From positions 32,001 to 96,000 of IMG/VR virus record IMGVR_UViG_3300046787_000390: DNA of 64,000 nucleotides. The stretch is one strand, 5' to 3'. The notes beneath the pieces were generated by a model. The model ran no database searches and was not told where the DNA came from. It saw only the letters and a program-made list of their open reading frames with translations. Source of the DNA: a virus. Below are positions 57,750-64,000 of this stretch, one piece after another (positions within the stretch are counted from its first letter, which is position 1; every line of letters begins with the position of its first letter). Both the position numbers and the translations under genes were made by a program.

Positions 57750-58420
57750 CATTCACTTGCAATTTTTGTAAGAAGAGTTTTGCAAAAGAATCCACACTTG
57801 AGGTTCACATGTGTGAGCCTAAACGTCGTCACTTGAACAAGGATGAACCGGGTGTGCGACTTGGGTTTATGGCATACATCAAGTTCTACGAAATGATGCA
57901 AGGCTCGGCAAAGTTAAAAACCTATGAGCACTTTGCAGAAAGCAGTTACTATCTTGCGTTTGTAAAGTTTGGTCGTTATTGTGTTGATATTCGAGCAATT
58001 AACCCAACACAGTTCATGAACTGGTTGCTCAAGAACCAAAAAAAGATTGACAAGTGGACCAGTGATCGATTTTATACAGAATACTTGTTGTGGTACTTGC
58101 CAATTGAAGCAGTGGATGATGCGCTAGCTAGAGCAATGGAATATTCAATTGATTGGGAAGAAAAACAAGGAAACCCAAGTCAGGATTGTGTGCGTTACGG
58201 TAATCACAATGCTATTTGTTATGCTATCACTTCAGGCAGACTAAGTCCTTGGGTAATTTATAATTCAGAGTCTGGGCAAAAGTTTTTAACTGAGTGCAAT
58301 CAAGAACAAATAGCAATGATTTGGGCATACATTAACTCGGATGTATGGCATAAGAAATTTTCAGACTATCCGGCAGACCAGGAGTATGCTAAGGATATTT
58401 TAAAGAAAGCAGGTTGGTAA
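57746..58420 (+). CDS. protein with N-terminal C2H2-type zinc finger
   Basis: FTCNFCKKSFAKESTLEVHMC. Confidence 0.65.
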   Translation: MTFTCNFCKKSFAKESTLEVHMCEPKRRHLNKDEPGVRLGFMAYIKFYEMMQGSAKLKTYEHFAESSYYLAFVKFGRYCVDIRAINPTQFMNWLLKNQKKIDKWTSDRFYTEYLLWYLPIEAVDDALARAMEYSIDWEEKQGNPSQDCVRYGNHNAICYAITSGRLSPWVIYNSESGQKFLTECNQEQIAMIWAYINSDVWHKKFSDYPADQEYAKDILKKAGW

Positions 58421-58761
58421 TGATCAACAATATAATGCCCGGACCGGGAATCAACATTATTGGTAGTGGCACAGGAGCCCCGTGGATTGACATGAATCGT
58501 CCTAGCGCAGGTCTTATTCGATTCAACAATGGGTTTGAAGTATATAACGGTTCTGACTGGATTAGAATGGCAGGGGCATATCCTACAGTAGAGCTCGATC
58601 TCGGTGCCCAGGCAGCAATTCGCTGGGCAAATGAAAAGATAGCGGAAGAAGAGCGGCTGAAAGAGTTAGCTGCAAAAAATCCCACAGTAGCAGATGCAGT
58701 GGAAGCAGTTAAACGAGCTAATGAACAACTTAAAATTGTAGCAGCATTGGTGCAAGAATGA
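58420..58761 (+). CDS. hypothetical protein
   Basis: TAATG coupling; AGLIRFN..FEVYNGS.W, then a coiled coil. Confidence 0.55.
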   Translation: MINNIMPGPGINIIGSGTGAPWIDMNRPSAGLIRFNNGFEVYNGSDWIRMAGAYPTVELDLGAQAAIRWANEKIAEEERLKELAAKNPTVADAVEAVKRANEQLKIVAALVQE

Positions 58762-59336
58762 GCGCAGACATTGACCTAGACTTTGCAGAAAGAGAACAAG
58801 TGTTGAAGTTGATTCAGCACGTTCCTGCACGACAATCGGTAGACGGCAAAGTTAGACGTCATAATTCAGGTGTGTATGTAACAGACATTCCCTGGGACCC
58901 AGTTAACGAATGTGCTGCTATTGATTACAAGGATGCAGAGGATCGTGGATACTTTAAGATTGACTTTTTGAACATGCATGTTTACAAGTTGGTACAAAGC
59001 CCGGCGCACTATGAACAAATGCTTGCTACTACTCCGCCTTGGCAACGTTTGTGGAATGATCCCGAGTGGGCAAGCCAACTAGTTCACGTTGGTAACTATA
59101 CAGCATTGCTCAAAGAAATGAAGCCAGATTCTATTCAGCGTATGGCTGCGTTTATTAGTATAATCCGCCCGGGCAAAGCACATTTGCAGCACAAGGACTG
59201 GAAGACGGTGTTTGATTCAGTGTGGGACGGCGACGATAACAGAGGCTATACATTCAAGAAAGCACATGCTATCAGTTATGCAGCATTAGTGGCACTGCAT
59301 ATGAACTTGGTTAATCAAGTTTCCTTACCAGCGTAA
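58758..59336 (+). CDS. miniature DNA polymerase III alpha (DnaE/C-family) catalytic-core protein
   Basis: ADIDLDF, RHNSGVY, GYFKIDFL, IIRPG and GYTFKKAHAISYA are colinear with DnaE motifs. Confidence 0.8.
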   Translation: MSADIDLDFAEREQVLKLIQHVPARQSVDGKVRRHNSGVYVTDIPWDPVNECAAIDYKDAEDRGYFKIDFLNMHVYKLVQSPAHYEQMLATTPPWQRLWNDPEWASQLVHVGNYTALLKEMKPDSIQRMAAFISIIRPGKAHLQHKDWKTVFDSVWDGDDNRGYTFKKAHAISYAALVALHMNLVNQVSLPA

Positions 59337-59688
59337 TACTCTTACGTTTGGACTTTTTGCGGGCCATTTCGTTGAGACTGCACACAGGTCCGTGTAGTAT
59401 TTCTAGGTCCTTGTTTGCAAAGGTGCGCAAATAAGGGCGGAACGGTTCCCAATCTTCCTTGAGAAATATGTTGATAGGGATGCTACGGTTAGATTCCCAC
59501 CACCAAACATTGGCAAATTCTAGGAATTGTCGTTTTAATTCTGGGTGCGTTATACTACCAAAATCGTAGATGGTGGTGATTGCATCGTCACGATTTTGTA
59601 CGATTCCTAAATATTCATTACTGGCGTAAACACACAAGGTGATAAACGGGTATTTTTCTGCTAATTTATTAAAGATATCACTTCCCAT
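59311..59688 (-). CDS. hypothetical late protein
   Basis: TATAAATA on the minus strand at 59708-59715; WWWESNR.IPINIFL; basic C-terminus. Confidence 0.65.
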   Translation of the reverse strand: MGSDIFNKLAEKYPFITLCVYASNEYLGIVQNRDDAITTIYDFGSITHPELKRQFLEFANVWWWESNRSIPINIFLKEDWEPFRPYLRTFANKDLEILHGPVCSLNEMARKKSKRKSITLVRKLD

Positions 59689-59743
59689 GTATTTGTAGTC
59701 TCTAGGTTATTTATATAAAGTATTTTTTGGTAAATATTAGATT

Positions 59744-60856
59744 ATGTATAGCACCACTGCCTATCTCTATCAGCAAAAAACCCAAGTACTCTTGATCGAC
59801 ACCAGTGGTGGATATTTCACAATGAGGTATAACCCTGTGTACGCAAAAAAACTAACAATTAACAAAGGTGTTGACAACGTTATTCTATTTGAGTTTATTA
59901 ACCAAGATGAAAAGCCCGTTAACATTACTGGAAGCACATTTACGTTCCGTTTAATTGACCAAGAAGGTCAAGCACTAATGAACGAAACTGAAATGACGAT
60001 ACTTAATGCACAATATGGACGTGCAAAAGTTACATTGCCTGCGGGTGTATTAGATGCGATCCGCGCACAACCGGGGTCTTACTCTATTACACGTTACTCG
60101 GGTAATTTAACTGAAGCAGTGTTTGTAGATGCACAAGCAGGTGCCAGGGCAGATGTTGATATCACAGATAGTGTTTATCCAGAATTTTTACCTAGCGCAG
60201 CAGTTACACTTCCAACAACAAACTTGTCTGCACAAGCAGGGTCAGCAGGCGGCGGAGCTCCGGCAACATATCCAGACTGGGCACTAACACCCGGTGCTCC
60301 TATTAACACATACAGCGGGATAATGAACACAGAATTTTATAGTTCGTTTATCGAGCCCACTGGATCAGTGACTAGTATTCAAATGGACTTGACTGGATAT
60401 ACTGGTTCTATCAAAGTGCAAGCTGCTGAAAACTATCAAAGCATGTGGTATAATGTTAGTGAAAGCGAACAGTACCTAAACAAAACTGGCACAGTGCATC
60501 ATCATGTGATTGGATATTACCCAATACTTAGATTATGTTTTAACAATTCTGTGTTTACAACAGGACTCAATGGTTCATTTGGACAAGCAGCACAGGCCAC
60601 AGCACTGGTTACAAACGGTGTGGTAACTGGCATCAATGTAACTTACCCAGGCCTAGGATACCTTGCACCACCGTTGGTTGAGATCTTTGGCGATGGTGCA
60701 GGCGCAACTGCTACAGCAACTATTGGCGCACAAGGTACAATTAATACTATTACTGTTACAAACGGTGGATCAGGATACCGTCCGATTCCCCCAACTAATA
60801 CACAAGCAACCGTCATGATTTCTACGGGCAAGGTAGAAAATATACTATATAGGTAA
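59744..60856 (+). CDS. virion structural (baseplate-type) protein
   Basis: Late promoter at 59731-59736; BppU-like N-terminus; C-terminal I.VT..G.GY..PP repeats typical of T4-like baseplate proteins. Confidence 0.6.
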   Translation: MYSTTAYLYQQKTQVLLIDTSGGYFTMRYNPVYAKKLTINKGVDNVILFEFINQDEKPVNITGSTFTFRLIDQEGQALMNETEMTILNAQYGRAKVTLPAGVLDAIRAQPGSYSITRYSGNLTEAVFVDAQAGARADVDITDSVYPEFLPSAAVTLPTTNLSAQAGSAGGGAPATYPDWALTPGAPINTYSGIMNTEFYSSFIEPTGSVTSIQMDLTGYTGSIKVQAAENYQSMWYNVSESEQYLNKTGTVHHHVIGYYPILRLCFNNSVFTTGLNGSFGQAAQATALVTNGVVTGINVTYPGLGYLAPPLVEIFGDGAGATATATIGAQGTINTITVTNGGSGYRPIPPTNTQATVMISTGKVENILYR

Positions 60857-61587
60857 TGCAGTTTAAAAAAATAGTGGGGTTCGGTGATTCGTGGATGTTC
60901 GGCGATGAACTTATGGACCCGGCATATTTGGCCAAGGCGCCAAACGGACATTACAGCGATGAACAGAATTCTTCTTACAGACTAAAACATTGTTTTTTAG
61001 GACTACTGGGAGAACATTACAATGCACCAATTGAAAATTTTGGCATACCAGGTGGCAGCTTAACTAGCACTCAATGGACATTCCAGTGGTGGCTAGATCA
61101 TGAAACTTTGCCACTAGACGAATGTTTAGTGTTAGTTGCACTAACCAATTCAGATAGAATTACTCATTACAATCCCAATCATACGCACTATTCGAACGAT
61201 CCTTTGTGGAATAAATTCGTGCATAGTACATGGGTAAACTTTGGTAGCTCTGTTGTACCAGATGATTTTGCTACTATGATGAAATATCAGATGACATTAA
61301 CAGATTGTCCAGCCTTGAGTAAATTAAACTATCAACATGCAGTCTTGTTCTTTGATGGTATAGCTGCTCGGAACAGTCTTAACTTACTACAGTTCAATAT
61401 CATGCCAGCTGAACGTCCTGTGCCGAATGCGCCAACATTGGCCGAACCAGGGTTTAGTTGGACTATGTTCTTTAGGGACCACCCAGGAAATCGAAACCGT
61501 GAATTAATTTGTGCCGATGGACATCCTAATGAAATAGGACATACTATTATCCGAGATCACTTGATTTCTCTCATTGAATCATGTTAA
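60856..61587 (+). CDS. SGNH/GDSL-like hydrolase or acyltransferase
   Basis: GFGDSW.FG, N.G..GGS, DGHPNE.GH. Confidence 0.7.
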   Translation: MQFKKIVGFGDSWMFGDELMDPAYLAKAPNGHYSDEQNSSYRLKHCFLGLLGEHYNAPIENFGIPGGSLTSTQWTFQWWLDHETLPLDECLVLVALTNSDRITHYNPNHTHYSNDPLWNKFVHSTWVNFGSSVVPDDFATMMKYQMTLTDCPALSKLNYQHAVLFFDGIAARNSLNLLQFNIMPAERPVPNAPTLAEPGFSWTMFFRDHPGNRNRELICADGHPNEIGHTIIRDHLISLIESC

Positions 61588-61590
61588 ACT
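61561..61590 (+). promoter_or_regulatory. sigma70-type promoter for primase-helicase
   Basis: TTGATT-18 nt-TAAACT with TGn, 6 nt before the ATG. Confidence 0.5.
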
Positions 61591-61596
61591 AGCACG

Positions 61597-62568
61597 ATGC
61601 TAGATATCCTTAGTTACTTACCCAACAAGCGCAAACAAACGCCATCTGGCTGGATAAGTTTTAATGCACCTTGTTGTGCTGACAAACGCGGCAGAGGTGG
61701 CTTAAAAGTAAACGAACAAGGATGGAGCTATCATTGTTTTAACTGCAACAAAACTGCTGGGTTTGTATTAGGCAAACCGCTTGGGTACAAAGCAAAAAGT
61801 TTACTAACATTACTTGGCGTATCCGAATCAGAAATCAATGCAGTAAACTTAGAAAGTCTACGACACCGTAGTATACATGGTATACTTGATGATCGTGCTA
61901 AAATTGCTAATGCACTATCAGATATTACATTTGAAGAATTTGATGACTTTCCTCCAGCAAGCGAACTAGTAACTGAAGAGCATCCGTTTTATTGGAAATA
62001 TCTACGTGATCGACATGTGCCCGAAGACTTTCCGGCAATGACTACTATACGCACAGACGGCATCCATTGGGTTAGGCCTCATGTGACAATTCCGTTTACT
62101 TACGATGGGAAGATAGTAGGTTGGACTGCTAGGTTCTTGGATGACAAACAACCTAGGTATATCAATCACATGCAACCCGGTTACGTGTTTGGTACAGAGT
62201 TCCAGCACACAGATTGGCAGTATGCTATTGTGGTAGAAGGTATTTTTGATGCATTGTGCATTGATGGTCTTGCTGTAATGCACAACACTGTAAATGATAC
62301 ACAGGCTAGACTGATACGAAACTTGGGAAAAGAAGTTATTGTTGTGCCTGACCAAGACGCTGCTGGACTAGAGTTAATTGATCGTGCTGTAGAACTTGGG
62401 TGGGCAGTGAGTATTCCTAACTGGCCAGATCATATCAAGGATGTGAATGATGCAGTAAAGGAATATGGAAAACTAGCCACCTTGATAACTATACTGCAAT
62501 CAAAAGAAACAAGCAAAATTAAAATCGAATTAAGGAAGAAACATCTTGTTAAAAGAATACAACGTTGA
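61597..62568 (+). CDS. gp61: DNA primase (TOPRIM; T4 gp61-like)
   Basis: Zn-binding CC...YHCFNC; VVEGIFDA; PDQDAAG; KDVND. Confidence 0.85.
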   Translation: MLDILSYLPNKRKQTPSGWISFNAPCCADKRGRGGLKVNEQGWSYHCFNCNKTAGFVLGKPLGYKAKSLLTLLGVSESEINAVNLESLRHRSIHGILDDRAKIANALSDITFEEFDDFPPASELVTEEHPFYWKYLRDRHVPEDFPAMTTIRTDGIHWVRPHVTIPFTYDGKIVGWTARFLDDKQPRYINHMQPGYVFGTEFQHTDWQYAIVVEGIFDALCIDGLAVMHNTVNDTQARLIRNLGKEVIVVPDQDAAGLELIDRAVELGWAVSIPNWPDHIKDVNDAVKEYGKLATLITILQSKETSKIKIELRKKHLVKRIQR

Positions 62569-64000
62569 AGTTCAAAAACTGTTTTTAGAAATGATGCTTG
62601 AGGATGCGCAAAGTTATGTGCGTGTTCAGAACATCTACAATCCGGAAAACTTTGACAAGAGTCTAAGAAAGGCAGCTGAGTTTATCAAAGAACACTCTGC
62701 CAAATATAATACACTCCCAGACAAAACACAAATTTCGGCAGCGTGTGGTGTAACATTATCTCATGTGCCAGAATTAACCGAAGGACACTTCGAATGGTTC
62801 ATGACTGAGTTTGAATCGTTTACTAAACGTCAAGAACTAGAACGTGCAATTTTAAAATCAGCAGACTTGTTAGAAAAAGGCGAGTTTGAACCAGTAGAAA
62901 AATTAATCAAAGATGCAGTACAGATATCACTTACTAAAGACATGGGCACGGACTACTTTGCTGATCCTAAGGCTCGCATTGAAAAATACTTTAACTCGGG
63001 CGGCCAAGTAAGCACAGGTTGGCCACAACTGGATAGATTGTTGTACGGAGGCTTCAGTCGTGGTGAACTAAACATCTTTGCAGGTGGCTCAGGATCTGGT
63101 AAGTCACTGGTTATGATGAACATTGCGCTGAACTGGTTACAGCAAGGCCTAAGCGGTGTTTACATTACACTAGAACTTTCCGAAGAACTTACATCTCTAA
63201 GAACTGATGCTATGTTAACAAACATGAGCACCAAGGACATTAGACGTGACATGGATACTACTGAACTCAAGGTCAAGATGGTTGGCAAGAAGTCTGGACA
63301 GTATCGTGTTAAAGGATTACCGGCACAATCAAACGTTAACGACATTCGTGCTTACTTGAAAGAAGTTCAAATCCAAACAGGCATCAAAGTCGACTTTGTG
63401 ATGGTTGACTACTTAGACTTGGTCATGCCAGTGAGTGCTAAAGTTAGCCCCAACGACTTGTTTGTCAAGGACAAGTATGTGTCGGAAGAATTGCGTAACT
63501 TAGCTAAAGAGCTTGGCGTGTTGCTTGTAACAGCATCGCAGTTGAACAGAAGTGCTGTTGAAGAAATCGAGTTTGACCATAGTCATATCTCGGGTGGTAT
63601 TTCGAAGATTAACACTGCTGACAACGTGTTTGGTATCTTTACATCACGTGCTATGAAAGAGCGCGGCAAGTATCAAATCCAATGTATGAAGTCACGTAGC
63701 TCAACAGGTGTTGGACAAAAGATTGATCTTGAATACAACATGGATACTATGCGTATTACAGATGCAGGTGGCGACGAAGGCGAAAACAGTTTTAGTAAAA
63801 AGCCCACAAGCTCGTTTATGGATCAGATCAAGGCAAAGTCTAATGTTGGTAATGCGTCAGCTGATGAGTCGACTGCTCCTAAATTTGAACGTGCTACAGG
63901 CACACCTGCTTGGGAAAAAGGTCCGCAAGATTCGGGCAAAGTAACTGCTGATGTGCAAAGTGCAAAGTTGAAACAACTACTAGGACAGATTAAACAATCA
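62546..64000 (+). CDS. gp41: replicative DnaB-like helicase (T4 gp41-like), runs off the window end
   Basis: TTG start after an AAGGA SD; AGGSGSGKS, YITLEL, VDYLDL, TASQLNR, KSRSS; frame open to base 64000. Confidence 0.9.
   Translation, partial: MLKEYNVEVQKLFLEMMLEDAQSYVRVQNIYNPENFDKSLRKAAEFIKEHSAKYNTLPDKTQISAACGVTLSHVPELTEGHFEWFMTEFESFTKRQELERAILKSADLLEKGEFEPVEKLIKDAVQISLTKDMGTDYFADPKARIEKYFNSGGQVSTGWPQLDRLLYGGFSRGELNIFAGGSGSGKSLVMMNIALNWLQQGLSGVYITLELSEELTSLRTDAMLTNMSTKDIRRDMDTTELKVKMVGKKSGQYRVKGLPAQSNVNDIRAYLKEVQIQTGIKVDFVMVDYLDLVMPVSAKVSPNDLFVKDKYVSEELRNLAKELGVLLVTASQLNRSAVEEIEFDHSHISGGISKINTADNVFGIFTSRAMKERGKYQIQCMKSRSSTGVGQKIDLEYNMDTMRITDAGGDEGENSFSKKPTSSFMDQIKAKSNVGNASADESTAPKFERATGTPAWEKGPQDSGKVTADVQSAKLKQLLGQIKQS

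Noticed and set aside
63708-63944. ORF-track calls at 63160-63345 and 63708-63944
   Set aside because: Both lie inside the helicase gene (62546 to the window end), which the track missed because its stop codon is outside the window.
1-64000. Alternative genetic code (stop-codon reassignment), as in some large phages
   Set aside because: Core genes are full length and tile densely in the standard code.
32508-64000. Introns or inteins in terminase, uvsX, uvsW, primase or helicase
   Set aside because: All have normal lengths and uninterrupted motif order.
1-64000. tRNA, tmRNA or rRNA genes
   Set aside because: Intergenic gaps are short and no cloverleaf or T-loop signature was seen. A tRNAscan/Aragorn run would be the definitive check.

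Overview
A densely coding 64-kb segment of a large T4-like (myovirus) dsDNA phage genome, read in the standard genetic code and mostly on the + strand. From left to right it contains: (i) a cluster of Asn/Gly/Thr-rich fibre and appendage genes flanked by two CstII/Maf(DUF115)-like glycosyltransferase-type ORFs (1-11.5 kb); (ii) neck and tail genes (gp15, gp14, gp13, sheath gp18, tube gp19), interrupted by small early genes, a DexA-like exonuclease and a dNMP kinase; (iii) head completion, a putative small terminase, probable protease-processed internal head proteins, another fibre, a secreted nuclease and the large terminase; (iv) gp32, uvsX and uvsY embedded in a roughly 15-kb glycan-biosynthesis region with six KpsS/KpsC-like paralogues, GT-A enzymes, a cytidylyltransferase-cupin fusion, methyltransferases and an SGNH protein; (v) an early island driven by repeated sigma70 promoters, including an ArfA-like peptide and an AAA ATPase; (vi) replication genes: uvsW, a clamp-loader-like protein, a 192-aa miniature DnaE, primase and a helicase truncated by the window end. 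The main candidates for new biology are a phage-encoded, probably CMP-sugar-dependent virion glycosylation system paired with sequon-dense fibres, the miniature DnaE, the ArfA-like factor, widespread leaderless mRNAs, and hairpins that would silence late genes on read-through transcripts. All family calls come from motif recognition by eye. No database searches were run.
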